64,000 bases of DNA, taken from NCBI GenBank assembly GCA_965655095.1, contig OZ296649.1, positions 140,120,001 to 140,184,000 on the forward strand. Direction: 5' to 3'. Made by a program: the position numbers and the translations under genes. Positions 1-13,099 of the stretch are shown here, one piece after another. The number at the start of each line of letters is the position of its first letter. Position 1 is the stretch's first letter. The notes beneath the pieces are model-generated. The model was not told the DNA's origin and searched no databases. It worked only from the letters and a program-made list of their open reading frames with translations. This stretch comes from Haplodiscus bocki. Lineage: Eukaryota.

Positions 1-665
1 CAAATAGAGGGACAAAACAAAGTTCACTGAAGGTAGTAACGAAACTAAAGCTCCAGTACATGAACTTTTGTGAGGGATTACAATGAATATGTTTTCCAAA
101 ACTTGGAAACTCTGTGAACAAAGCGTTAAGAGGAAAAATATATAAGAACAATTTTACAAGAACGTATTTCTAAAATTGTTACCGATGAGATGGCGCAACA
201 GTAATATGAATTGGTGATATCAATGATACATTAGGTGGAGAAGTAGAAACTAGTGTTTTTTGATATCATAACACTAAAAGCAAGCTCTAAAACAATTAAT
301 ACTCCGGGACTTTTGAAAAAATATGTTTTCAATGAAATTTTAGACTCATCGCCCTCTGGGAGTTTGAATCTAACACTGAATATGAGAGTCGAAAAAATAC
401 AAACAAAGTACATTACATAAATTTCAATTAATACGTGATTGCATTGATGAGTCGGTTTTAGATGGTTTTAGAGAACCAATATTTTCAGTTTTGAATTAGA
501 CAAACTACGTTTGTCAAAACTTTTTGTTCACGAGAAAAATTAATTTGATGGAAAACCGAAAATCTACATTGCGTTTAAAAGCATTTTTTGGAACGTGATG
601 ACAGAAACGAAATCGATTTGACTGCTTTAGCGTTGACCTTCTTTTTAACATTCACAAAAATATAA
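1..665 (+). pseudogene. Polinton minor capsid (penton) protein, C-terminal remnant
   Basis: ~428-510 reads LIRDCIDESVLDGFREPI/FSFELDK and ~590-665 ERDDRNEIDLTALALTFFLTFTKI*, matching the recalled penton pattern LKCDCIDGSxxxGxREPILYSFxLDK...EDDDxxxVDFNGETxxFTxxLxKI*. Confidence 0.7.
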
Positions 666-957
666 AAACAAACTCGTATCCACATTGCGTTGCGTCTAAT
701 TTTTAAATACAAATTGGCGTTTCCTAAAGTCATAGGAAAGAGTTCAAACTGTAGTTTGTCGACTTTATTTGTGGAATTTTGACTTTTACTTTATTGTTAG
801 TCAAAGTTCAAGTACAAATGAATCGGTAAGTTTTCAGTTTGAGCTAGGTAAAAACTTACATACTTTGTACTTTTCAAATGTTTTTGGAAAATAAAAAATT
901 AGTTGATACTGTCTTTTTGTTAATTTTTTTTCAAAAAAACAATGTAAATAACGCTCC

Positions 958-1345
958 ATGGAAAATGTAAAACTAAATCTTTTTTATTGGTGGGCGTCAT
1001 TGTTCCAGTACAATAAGCTTGAGTAATATAACTAAGACAGGCCAAAAACTGTTCATTGAATATGCGTTAAGTGTAACAGGAAAAAGTCAGTGACTGCTAA
1101 AAATAAAAATTCAGAAGCTAGGGGTTTAGATAAGAGTTTCGAAAAACTCCAGAAAAACTTTTGAAGCAGGCAAAAATTCGGCTACAAACGTGAAGAAGAA
1201 CCCTGAAAGAAAACTGGAAATCGGCGCAAAAATTATCAGTGTCGCTTTCTCTAAAAACTTTAAGGTAGCTTCAAAAACTGTTCCAGATGTTCAAAATTTA
1301 CATCACGCTGGTGAAAGATTAAGTCTTGTGGAGAATTTAATGTAT
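958..1345 (+). pseudogene. Small conserved Polinton-type protein (putative virion core/cement protein)
   Basis: GGRHCSSTISLSNITKTGQKLFI... followed by ORF 1190-1381 KNPERKLEIGAKI...KTVPDVQNLHHAGERLSL, resembling a small Polinton protein pattern (GGRH...KNPGRALEI...TLPEVINFYHTGKGLYL) from memory. Confidence 0.5.
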
Positions 1346-1384
1346 AGATACAAAAATAAACCGGTTTTCATCGATATATAAAGG

Positions 1385-1930
1385 TCTAGTACTGAGTTAT
1401 TTCCATCTACTCCCCGAAAAAAATTTACAGTAATCGAGAAAAAATTTAAAAAGAAAACGATATAGATTAAAACATTCAATTTTTCGTTTACCACATTCGA
1501 AAAATATATTAACCATTTCGAAGTTTAAATTGAAAAAGAAGTTTCAGAAATGTAAATGTTTTATCTACTATAATAAAAAGAGTTGAAACTTTACGTTTTA
1601 TTCCTACGATTTCGACTTCCCTATCACTCTCGGTTCCCTATCACTCCAATGATCCCTATCACATCATTGGAATGACAGTGTTACCAATTTACACTGGTGT
1701 TGCTTGCAGGTTAACATTCCATTCAAAAAGTTTTTCATGAAACACTTATAAATAATTATATGAAGTATCAAAAAAATTTTGAAGGAACACAAAAAGTTAT
1801 GAATTCTAACGGTAAACTATATGAAAAAGAAGCTCGAGTTACTTTGTTCGATGAAAAAGAATCTGAATCTTTATAGAATTTACTTACAAAATACGTAATT
1901 GAAAATGGAAACACGTTTTTCTTCAGAACT
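1385..1930 (+). pseudogene. Polinton membrane-associated protein (GasderminX-like) remnant
   Basis: ELFPSTP...coiled region...hydrophobic TISTSLSLSV/IGMTVLPIYTGVACRL...KVFHETLINNYMKYQK...NLLTKYV: helical protein with central hydrophobic segment in the usual Polinton position. Confidence 0.45.
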
Positions 1931-2169
1931 CAAATCAAGAACATAGCTTTTCGCAGCACAAGAAGAAGAACACTAGAATATACCCAAAACTAGACTAGAA
2001 GTAAACCTGGAACAGTCTAGAACTTCCTCAAAGGAGACGTTGTCCTCCTAGCCACTTTTTTACGTTCTTTTTTTTAAAAAAATGGCCCTTTCTGTTTCAA
2101 CTTTTGTAAAAGCAAAGTAGAAGGCGATACATTTTAGTCAAAAAGTGGGAATACAAATAAGAATTGTTT

Positions 2170-2800
2170 GGAAAAAATCAAATTTTTTGTCCAGGGAAAA
2201 TCTATCGTTTACAAAAAGGCTTACCAGAACACTTTTGTGAAAAATACCTTGGCGAAGTCAACAGTTCGCAACGCGATTCTTACAGGAGAACTTTATTTCT
2301 TGTTTCGACCTATATTGAAGAAAACTCAGAAAAAAAAGATAGTTCTTTATTAAAGTTGACTAGTTTTTCAGAGCAGTTTTAGGAACAAGATTGTATTGTT
2401 ACTAACTTAAGTGGATGAATGAAGGACAATGAAGAAGTAATTGAAGTTTCGGCTGATAATTTAGATTCTAACTGCGAAACAATTGATACAATTTTTACAC
2501 GAAAACGACACAAAAATTCAGATGTTTATTAGAGGAAGCAACCTTAGTTTATTTCAATAAATGAACTATAAAAAATAACAGCAAGCTAAAATGTTTTCCA
2601 AACAATTTTTGACAGTTGTGAAAAACAATTAAAGAAGTTTCGCAAGATTTGATAAAAATTATGATGAGTTTAAGGATTCTTGTAGAAAGCATAGAAAGAA
2701 GAAGAAAAAAAGCATTGTTACTTTGCTAAATGTAAGAAAGTGACGGTAAGCTTTGTACTTGTAACGGAAGCAATATTGCCTTTTTTTAATGTGTACCAGC
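2170..2800 (+). pseudogene. Polinton DNA packaging ATPase (A32/FtsK-HerA family) remnant
   Basis: RNAILTGE (decayed Walker A lead-in), IDTIFTRKRHKNSDVY (~2483-2530; consensus-like FTRGRHxNxD arginine motif), YDEFKDSCRK (~2660), GKLCTCNGS (~2745). Confidence 0.75.
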
Positions 2801-2869
2801 AACGATTCTGTTTTTGATATTGACTCTGAATATAAAATTATCTATATAGTTTATCTATAATTAACTATA

Positions 2870-3990
2870 TAGAAGTATATCCACGTTTCAGAGAAAAAAA
2901 AGACTTCAATATTCAAAAATAGGATGACTCAAAAGATTCCGAAGAAGTAGCAGAGTTAAGCTCAAAGAAGCAAATACGTTTAAAAGAAATATTAGGTGAA
3001 CAGGGTTTTCGGTGTGAAAATAAGCTTTTTGACTCAATTACGAACACACCTAAAAAAAACATTTGAAAACTTACTGCAGGAATCTAGAGTCACAAAGGCA
3101 CCAAATAAGGATGTTACTAAAAAATTCTAGGAACTACTACAACTAACGCTCTAGCTAACACACAAAAAAATCTCATAGTAACTATATATAACATATAGAT
3201 AAAAAAAACAATGAAACCAATTGTAAGTAAATACATAGGGTAAAACTTTGAGTAGTGATAGTACAAGTCATTTTGCGTTAATTCCACATCTCCAAAATAA
3301 AGATAAATGTAACCAATGACATCAATACCTGATTGATAAAGAGCTTCCTGTTCAGTTTGTGTCAGAAAAAACTATCGTCAAGAAGATGAGGGAAAAGAAA
3401 ATAAAACCAATGTTCTGAAAGGTTTTTTTCTAGAACAGATGTCTCACACCAATTTTTAAAAGAAGATCCTATGATGGTAAAACTTTACCAGATTTTCTGA
3501 AACAAATAAGTTTCAAACCTAAGCCGGGTAAAGCGAAATTTAGAAATACTACTGCTAAACAATGTTTCTCAATTTGAAAAGAAGAAACAGCAGAATTTCC
3601 AGCAGTTAATTATCTTTTCACTAAAAACTATCCTCCATGTAGCTGAGAAACACGTTATCTTGAACAAAGTAGTGATAATAATGTTGAAGGTGATAAACCA
3701 AACTAAGTTGAATATAATGATGATGTTGATGTTTTAGTTGAGGAATATCTTAATGCTGATATTCAATCTGGTATAAACTCTGGTTGGGGATTAGTTAGTT
3801 TTTTTTCGGTAATGGCCTAGGATTTGTCTGAAAAACTACGTTTACAAATCCATAGGAAACTAGAAACTAGGAGGAAATGATAGTAACAAAGTTCAAGTAA
3901 AAACAGTTGCTCTCTGTGAAAATTTATTAGAACACAAATCTATTATTCCAACTCAATAAAAAAATGTTCAATCAGAAATTAACTTTTATA
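2870..3990 (+). pseudogene. Conserved uncharacterised Polinton protein remnant
   Basis: N-term KQIRLKEILGEQGF...KLFDSIT and C-term DLSEKLRL...GGNDS...VALCENLLEHKSI resemble a Polinton protein pattern (RLxDKLGKQxF...LFEPVT; ELxxRLxLL...AGNNS...IVDKLLEYK). Confidence 0.5.
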
Positions 3991-3999
3991 AAATTTCAA

Positions 4000-5280
4000 G
4001 CTGGCACATTAGAACGCAGTAGATGGCTCCTTTTCAGACGTGTTCATATTCGTTACATTCCACAAGCATTAAGTTTCGTAATTGATGAAACCTAACAAAT
4101 TTGTTTTGATATACCCGGAAAAGATTACACTAAATCCTTGAAGGTTAGTTATTTTCAATTAAAAATGCCGTAATGCCGTAGATATAGATAGTACGGGTAT
4201 CAGGTTAGTAAATTGAGGTCACATTGCTTGTTCAGTTCATTTCAGTTGACTGGTGATAATTGAAAAAAACTATGAACTAAGGATGGTGCCCATAATGCAT
4301 GCTTGATCTGAAAAGTAATGAAAACTAGCAAAGATATTGATGATTTGTCAGATGGTTTTCCTCGAGATAATATGACTCGTCAGACAAAAAAGACTAATAC
4401 TGAAAGAACTAAAGGATATTGAAAAGTTAGAAATTTTTCAGAATGTTTTTGTTTCTGCAGTATATCATGAAACGGATACATATGGTTCAGGATATTGAAA
4501 AAAAAAAACAGCACAAAGTACTGATAAAAATGTATTAAGTAAAGAACGTGGAGTTAATTCTGTTGCTAACGAAGCTAAAGGTGGAAGAAAGTCTATGAGG
4601 TGTGTAAGATGGTATGTACCACTTTATACTCAAAACCTTTTGCCAAGAAAAACCGATGTCAGAGCAAATTGTATCTATTTTTCCAAAAGAACTAGCATAT
4701 GTAACGAAAATAATTTCTCCAGAAGAGACGTAACAACTGAAAAATTTACCTTTTGAAATAGGGTGTGGAAAAAAGAATTGATGTACCTTTCAATATTTTA
4801 AAGTTGGAATTGGGCAAAAATATAAATTACATCACCTAACAAAAAGTATTGCAAATATTGTAAAACATTTTATACCGCAAACGTCTTAAACGCTTAGTGT
4901 ACGATAAGTACAGAAACTTATTCAGATGCGAGAATAGATTGTGATTATGTTCGAGATATAAACTCTCAAGCATATGAAGAAATTGCTTCTTGTTTCAGAC
5001 ACTTGACTATAGGTATTACTCTTCAACAATAAATCACTCAAATCTTTTTTGTAACTTCTCATGATCATCCAGATTTTGAAGTACCTGGGTCAAAGTTAAA
5101 TGTTTCAGATATATGTTATCAACAAGTGTTTGCTGCTGCTCAACCTCTGAAAGCGAGTTTCGAACTCTCACCACCTGTTGTTACTAAGAGACATTTAGTT
5201 GTTAATGCTCTTGTATGACTAATACAGTAGTATATATTAATTGTGATGGACAAAGGAAACTCGATAAAAATTGAAGTTAA
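4000..5280 (+). pseudogene. Polinton major capsid protein (double jelly-roll) remnant
   Basis: N-term AVDGSFFRRVHIRYIPQALSFVIDET*QICFDIPGKDYTKSLKVSYFQL, internal WYVPxY at ~4610, C-term NALV...INCDGQR at ~5205-5260; ~1.3 kb length fits an MCP. Confidence 0.75.
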
Positions 5281-5289
5281 ACACGATTT

Positions 5290-8200
5290 TGTATATAAAG
5301 CTAAATACGTTTTTTTTTCAATCGTTTTTCTCCTTAAAATTATTCAATATCTTTGATGTTTTTTCCTTCTACATCCATGGAAACTATTGCTTCTTTGTTA
5401 ACATTTGTGAAAGCCATTTGCTGGTCTTCACTTGTAATGGAGTAAATAGCTACAAAGTTCTAATGTTCACCTCCTCTCTTGCACCAACTATAACAATCTT
5501 GAACTCGAATTTCTACTTTCGAACCTTTTACATTTTTTCCAAGATTTTGATTCACTTTCTTTTTTAAGACCACACAAAATCAGACAATTTCGCTTTAAAT
5601 GTACATATTTACCGAGCTAAACACTTTCAGAAGTTTCTATATCAAATTCTCCAACACTTCTTTGGCTACCAAAAAAAGATGATGATTCTATGTCAGTCAC
5701 TGAAAAAACAGTCCTTTGGTTTTTAAAGGTCTTTGCTTAAAACATCCGTCTTGAAATTAAGAAAGAAGGAGTCACATTTCATGCAACTTATTTTTCAACC
5801 TTTGAGATATGGTTTAAATACAATATAGTAAGCTTCATACATGTGCAGTATAGAAATTCCCAATACACAAAATCCTGAAAACATTGGTTTTTCAAATATT
5901 ACATTCTCATTTTTAAAAGTATAAACCAAAAATAACAAAATACTCTAACCTGTGACTGTTGTTTTGTTTTGTAGTTCACCTTTTCGAGGCTTGTTATGTG
6001 TTTTATTACGTAAATTTTCCGTTGTCCTTCCGAAAAATGTCCCCAATGAATGTTTTATAGAATTCTTGTCTTGTGGATTACTAGCTTTTTTGTCGCTTTT
6101 CTGCTTGTGATTCTAGTTTCCTGTGATTCCAGATTTGGTGTGTTTTCCTTAAAACTTACCATTCTACGTACTTTTGTTACTTCAATTCTTCGAGGAAAAA
6201 GAAAATTGAAACGACTATGGTGTATAAAATATTTCTCTTCAATTGGGTGTTCTTTAAACACTTTTTTTGCTGGATATTCCTGTTTGGGTTTTGTACTTTC
6301 CATGTAAACAGTGTTTCCATTTGTTGGTAGTTTTTCTCAATTGCTGGACAAAAACAAAGTTTTGAAAAAACTTCTTTGGCACTATCTCTATATTTATATC
6401 TTTTTCTAGTGCACATCTAGAGAGAGCAATATTTGATGTTGAAAGTATTTTTCTAATAAAACTTTTGCTAACCAATTTTATCTCTTCATAAAGTAAAGTT
6501 TGTGATGATACAACTGCGTACAAAGTACATGCCTCTCAGTGAATTTGTTAACCACATCAAACACTGTATACCTTGAACCGTTACATCCAAATTTACCATC
6601 TCTAATAGCATTCTCAGAGGTAAAAATAAATCTGATTCGTGGACGTTTTCTAATTTTATTTTTCATTGTTTTAGTCCAGCATCCCATTTGAAACCAAGTG
6701 GAGGTTCAAAAAAAACATGATTTTCCCTTTCCTAAATTTTTTTCGATAAAAGTCGAAAGATGTCAGCTGAGAATGTAACATCCGGTTTATTATGCGAAAA
6801 AAAAAGTTAAATCCAAAGATATCATGAGACTGAAATTCTTTTCTATCAGTTTTGTTTGATCTATTTGTTCTTGTGGTTATATTTCTCTGGAAACCTGGGA
6901 AAGAAATTCTTTAGCTTCACTTTAGTTTTTGATTTGTCATAATCTTCAACTTCATGGTATTATTTATAGCCATAAGCATATTTCTTCCACAAAGTTCGAA
7001 AATATCACCAAAGTCTTGTTTTGTTACTTTAAAAACGTCTTGATTCAATAAACTTCGTAAATCACGGAAAGAGAATCTAAGAATCCGTTCAATTTTTTCA
7101 ATCTCAGTTAATTGAGATCATTTACAGTTTTGAAATTTTCGACTGCATTAGGAATTGCGAACATTTAGAGAACCAGCTTTTTTAGTTAAAAAATTGTCTC
7201 ATGAATGTCCTTCGTAGTTGTTAAAAAATGGTACAAAATAAGATTGAACTTTCTTAATAAGGAACTCAAATGACTAATGAGCTGCTTCTCTTAATTTTGT
7301 TGTTAAATGACAATGATCACTTACTTTCGTATCAGTGGATTTGATTTCCTTGTCGCATAGCCAAAACTCTTTGCTCTGCGGTATCTCTTTACAGTTACTT
7401 TTCTAAGTTCTAGTCCTATACTGGTCTCGTTAAAAAGTGAATGCTTCAATTCATAACTCTTGCTTTTCTTCAACAAAACATTCTGTACAATCATCTCGAA
7501 AATTTTGATGGAAACGAGATTGAAAACTTTCAACTAGAGCGCTTTTTCTTCAGTAATTGAAGACAACTGGTTGTTGGTTGTGATTTTTTCCGTTATTCTC
7601 AACATTTTGTTATGTGTTATGTTCTCATCTACAATCAGAATCACAAAAAACGCTGGAAAACGTAGGAGGTTTAAAAAAAGTTTCAGGTTCCCTTTGGGAC
7701 GTTTAATAACACAGGGTTCATTGTTTCGGCACATTCTTTTATGTAATACTGAAGCTTTCACTAAAGTAATTGTTTTCACAAAATTTTTACGTAAGTATGT
7801 ATTGGTACAAGGATGTTTATCGTCTTGGAAAAACATATAAAAATTGCCGAGTAAATAATTTTGATCTTGAATGGAATATAAAACAATTGTCATTTTAAAA
7901 TCTCAAAAGTACTTTGTATATTCACTCTTTTGGTTTTTTCATGTCTTTCCTCAAAATTCTCTTCAACTTCATTCGTTTGGAACTCATCTAGATTGATCTT
8001 ATGAGTATATTATGAGTTTTTATCATAGATGTCGTTCGAAAAGTGCACGTGGCTCTACGAGACACTCATTTGGGTGTCCTCAAAAAAGAACAGAGATCCA
8101 ATTTTCCTTGGGGGAAGATTTCCTCCTAGGTATTCATATGTTTTTTTATTTTGGGATATGTGTAGTTTAGTCAGATCTCTGTCTTCATTCGGTCCAATTA

Positions 8201-9290
8201 CATATTTTTAGGTCGTTAATTTTTTCCAATTTTTCAACATCATCATAAATTCGTCTATAAGTAAAATCAATTCAATCTGTGTTGGTTTCCAGAAGAGAAT
8301 TTGTATATTTACTTCTTCTTTTTGGTTGACCTCTTGGGGGGTGTATATGAGCTATGACACTGTATATACCACGAAATTATTCTTTTCTTTCATATGTTTA
8401 CATTAAACTTTTCTTGTTTGGTAACTTTATAAAAATTCTTTTTTGCAACGTTTCTTCTGATTGAAAAGGTCCTCCTTGATATATATCTAAAGAATCTCCA
8501 ATTGACACTCTAGGTTCAGTCTTTTCAAGCTTTCTTCATAACTCTGATTCTATGTTGAGATTAGGAACATCTTTTGCTGTTTTCCTTTTTATCAAATGGA
8601 AGGCTTCTAAACAATCTTTGTTTTATCAAATGTTTTCCAAAGAGGGCAGAGAAAAGAACATTCTCATTGAATTTTTCTTAAGTGGTCTTTCGAACTAATT
8701 AGGACCAATTTTTTCAAGAAGGTCATTGGGAGTGATTACGTTAAAACAAGTTTCCTTGGACTTCCTAATAGTTGAAATTTTTGCGTTTATGAAGTGAGTT
8801 TTAACTAGTACGAGTTATGCCCTAACATCTGTTTCAAGAGGAAAAACAAATGGGTTTATTTTGTTTTTTTTTAATTTTTGTTTTTATGGGTTTTGGTATC
8901 ATCATGTTCCGTATCTGACCTAGAGATCAATAATTTACCAGTAAAAAAACCATTTGTGTCATTTTTTTGAAATCTTTGTGCGAAGTTATTTGTTCGTTAG
9001 AGCTTTGTTATTTTTTTTATGTCCAACTAATTTTTCATTTTTTCCCAATCTTTTCTACGAAAACAATTTTATCACCCAAACTAAACTTAACTCTAACTTC
9101 ACATCGTTTTTCTTCATTTTTTGTTTGCCTTTCAGTTTTTTGATGGTCTGCACAATCAGTGTTTTTTCAAAAGCTTCGAAAAAATCTCAGACTTTCAATT
9201 TTTCTCCTGTAATGAGTAATTGTTTTCCGGTTTCAAAATGCTTGCGCTAACTAGTTACAAGAAAGTTTATTCCTTAGGTCCTACTGCTTA
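5290..9290 (-). pseudogene. Protein-primed family B DNA polymerase (pPolB) remnant with endonuclease-VII-like motif
   Basis: - strand KVSDHCHLTTKLREAAH (~7280-7335; cf. KVRDHCHLTGKYRGAAH), ENAIRDG (~6600; cf. ENxIRGG), MYAVVSSQTLLYEEIK (motif A region), EKPMFSGFCVLGISILHMYEAYY (~5825-5895), MKCDSF (~5765-5782; decayed YxDTDS). 5' boundary approximate. Confidence 0.85.
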
Positions 9291-9324
9291 GTGTTGTCAG
9301 TTTGTAAATCCTTGTAAAGTACTA

Positions 9325-11213
9325 CAGTGGAGTCCGGATATAACGAATCCCTATATAACGAATTTCACATATAGTGAACGTTTTTGCGTGGTCCCGGCCA
9401 AACGCTTATAAAATTTACTCTTTCATAACGAATGCTGTCCGCCTATAGCGAACGTATTTGCGTGAGTCACCCAAGACTTGCAGACTGTTTGCTTTCAGAT
9501 TTATGCGCGTAGTGCACGGTATGGCTACACAGAAACGTAGAGCTTTTACTGCGGAGGAAAAACTGAAGCTTGTGGACGAATAGTTGAAGAAATCACCATC
9601 TCAGTCACTGACCGATTTTGTTAAAGAGCAGGGCATAGCCTCATCAACTTTATGCACAATTTTAAAGAATAAAGACCATGTTCCAGTGAACAAGTCTACA
9701 TCTCAAAAGAAGAAACAGCGAAAGTGTCAGTTAGGTGATCTGGACAAGGCTTTATATCTCTGGTTTAAAGAAACTCGAGCAAAGTATATACCTTTAAGCG
9801 GTCCAATAATTTTAAAAAAAAGCAGATAACCTTGCTTTTTCCCTTGTGTATCAAAACTGGAGTTGTTCTCAGGGTTGGTTTCTCCAGTGGAAAGTAAGAA
9901 ATAATTTAACAAACTCATCGCTTTGCGGACAAGCAAGCCTTGTAAACTCCGAAGTTATTTCTCAATGGCTCTCTGGTGACGCAAAGGAAATTTTGGAGAC
10001 ATATGCTGCCAAGGACATTTTCAATGGGGATGAAACTGGACTTTTTTGGCCCATGATGCCATCTCGCAGTTACGTAACCAAAGAAGACCCATGCCATGAT
10101 GGAAAGAAAAATAAAGACCGAGTCACTGTTATGATTGCAGCGAATTCTGACGGCAGCGAAAATTTGCCTTTATTGGTTATTGGAAAATTCGCGAAACCGC
10201 GGTGTTTCAAGAAATTTCATCCGCCATGCCCTTACATGAATTCTGCAAAGGCATGGATGACGACTCAGCTGTTTCAGAATTGGCTTGACACCTGAAATAC
10301 ACGGCTCATTCGGCAAAAGCGGTCTGTGTGTTTGGTGATTGATAGTTGCAGCGCTCACGCAGTTACGCCCAACCAGTTCTCGCAAATAACAATTGTGTTC
10401 TTACATTCAAACGCGACCTCAGTGGCACAGCCATGTGATGCAGGAATAATTTTGTTGCTTTAAACAACATTATCGCAATATTTTCATCGAGAAAGTTATA
10501 GATCAAGTGGAATCTGGGCTGGCTAGAAACTCTACATCGGCTGAAGTAACCTTGTACGATGCTATGAAGATGATGAAGACTGCCTGGACCAGAGTCACGA
10601 AAAACACTATTGCAAACTGTTTTCGAAACACCGGTTTAAAGAAACGAGATATTGCTACCGTTACTCCTGAATGCACTGACTACGATATTACTGTTGAAGA
10701 AACCCAATTTCCTGACATTGCACACAATGTCCCTGGCCAGGTTGATTTTGAAGACTTTGTCAACATTGACTCAAGAATTTTAACGTTTGAAATCCTCTCT
10801 GTCACAGAAATTGCTTCAAACGTCCAGATATTCACTGAAATTGAGAAAGTCGCAATTAGTGACGAAGAGGACAATCAAGGTGAACCTGAAGTAATGGTGA
10901 CAAATTTGGTTGCAGAACAACATTTAGAGTAGTTGAAAAAAAAAATTATCCACGTGGAATGGACGAGGGATTTTGGTACTGTGAGAAAATGACCGAAATG
11001 GTGAAAGACCGGCGTCTACAGAATTCAACACAGGCGACACTCACTCGATTTTTCAGTCCAATTTGACGGATATCTTAATTGTTCGTTTGTAACGAGAAAA
11101 ACCTTTTCAAACACACTCCTTCTCGTTTCTAACGAATTTCTTTACAGCGAATTTCGTTTTTAGTGAACAAAAATGGACGGTCCTCAGGCAATCGTTATAA
11201 CTGGACCCCTTTG
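9325..11213 (+). mobile_element. pogo/Tigger (Tc1-mariner superfamily) DNA transposon, near full length, nested in the Polinton
   Basis: TA at 9323-9324 and 11214-11215; imperfect 22-bp TIRs CAGTGGAGTCCGGATATAACGA / TCGTTATAACTGGACCCCTTTG (17/22 match); subterminal ATAACGAA-like repeats. Confidence 0.92.
9521..11066 (+). pseudogene. pogo/Tigger transposase (CENP-B-type HTHs + DDE_1, DD31D), disrupted
   Basis: MATQKRRAFTAEEKL..GIASSTLCTILKNKD, LDKALYLWF..PLSGPII, FNGDETGLFW, KDRVTVMIAANSDGSE.LPLLVIGKFAKPRCFK, LVIDSCSAH, QPCDAGII, C-terminal QATLTRFF; several stops/frameshifts. Confidence 0.92.
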
Positions 11214-11215
11214 TA

Positions 11216-13050
11216 TAACTTTATTGAAATAGGAAATCAACTCAGCCTTCTTTTCAACATTCATTTTGAACATAAAAGTACATCATTTTCATCTCCATCA
11301 ATCGCTGAACGAACGACATTCTCCCAGCGTCCATCAATATCCAACCGAATGAAATCCTTGAAAAAGAAATTAAATTGATGGTTTCTGAAAAAAACACACA
11401 GTTTCAAAACATTTTTCTTGACAAACATCTTAGAAAAACACACAAAGAACATCCCCTTTACAATTATTGTTAGATCTTCTCATATTATAATCAACTTGAA
11501 GTTCATTATCACTATTAAAAAGCTCATGGTAGGGCATAAATTTAGTTTTGAAAAAGAGATCAATTTATATGCAATTTCAACTATTTATTCTCTCATTTTC
11601 CACTGTCCATAAATGATGTTCAAAAAGTTATACGTGCTCTACTTTATTCGAAATATCTCCATCACAAACAACAGAAAATTAACTTATCATTTTAGCATCA
11701 GTGTTTTTATTAAACAGAGTTTTTTTAAAATTCTACTTCGGTTGCTGCCATCTTCTAATCTGAAACGAAAAATGTTGAACAAATTTCCTCTTGCCTACAG
11801 ATGTTCGTTGTACCTCCTTAGTTATTATAACTTTTAAACACTTCACAATAGCTTCAAACCGTTTTTTTCAAACTGCATCCCCTAAAAATTCTTCTGATTT
11901 CGACTTTTTTCAAAGAACTTTCATGATTTTTCTTCAATTTTTTTCCAACGTAGATACAGCATAAGAGACAAAAAAAATCGTCTTTTTGTTTCTGCGTTTG
12001 AATTTTTTGAAGGTTTTTTACAAAAAACATGTTGGTTTAAAATCATTTCAACTTCATTACAAATTTCTACAACGGAAACCCTCAAAATGGCTTCATTATG
12101 CGTTTTATCAATGAATTCAGCTGGTACCAACTTGACTAAATTCGGCATAGGTTGTTCAAAACTAAAGTTAACTTTCCTTGCTCTCTCTTAATCGTTTTTA
12201 AAGGATTTTTTAACACTTATTACTTGAGAGACTGTTTTTCAATTAAAAATACTTTTTCGTTGCAAAAAATTATTTTGTTGGGAATTGCCTAATGGGAATT
12301 AATCTTGACATTAAGGAGTGTACCGAGTCTACATAAAACTTCAAAATTACCCTACTATGAATCATTCTTTTTATAAAGATTTTTCCGGGAAAGTTTTTTG
12401 AAAACTAGTATAACCTTTAGGTTCTCTATTAACGTACGTATTACAACGAAAATGCAAAATATTTTTCTTACTCCATTGTTACTTTTTATATACCTTTAGA
12501 TTTACCATAAATTTCTAAGTATATTACAAATTTTTTATAACTTTTGCTAATTGAATCCTCGCTATTTCCATCAACGTTTTTATTGTGTAGTGTTCCAAAG
12601 TTTAATCTTTCAACTAAGATTGGATCAATCAAACATTTTAAAATCAATTCAATCATATTTTTCTCCAATGATGTCACACAAACTAGTTGTTAGCACTTTT
12701 TTTAAATGGAATAAGATTTTTCACATGTTTTCTATGTGTTGTTGTTAATTCGTGTACTTCATTTACCCGTCTAATAACTGAAATACAAAAATCACAAAAA
12801 AAGGTTTCAGTTTTTTGAAAGGATTATCGATAGGAAAAATACAAAATTTATTTTTTTCGAAGTTTTCTCTTCAAGATAAAAATTAATATCCTCACATTCT
12901 ACTTTGTTTAACTTGTATTTCTGACAGTCATGAGATTTCTTCTTTGCAAGATTTAACTGCCTATAATATTCACACTTTGTTTTTTTTTCACTTGAATTAA
13001 ACAGGTATTTGATTGTGAAAATCAATTAAAACATACTGTTTCATTTTTTC
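11216..13050 (-). pseudogene. Decayed Polinton accessory ORFs, unidentified
   Basis: Short - strand ORF remnants (11921-12148, 12486-12677, 12807-13025) between pPolB and integrase with the same polarity; no diagnostic motif. Confidence 0.35.
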
Positions 13051-13099
13051 TGTCACAAACACAAGGAAATTTTCAATAATCCCTATGAACTTCAATCAA

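Noticed and set aside
1617-1662. Resemblance to tet operator half-sites (TCCCTATCA)
   Set aside because: No palindromic second half or vector context; lies in a decayed Polinton coding region.
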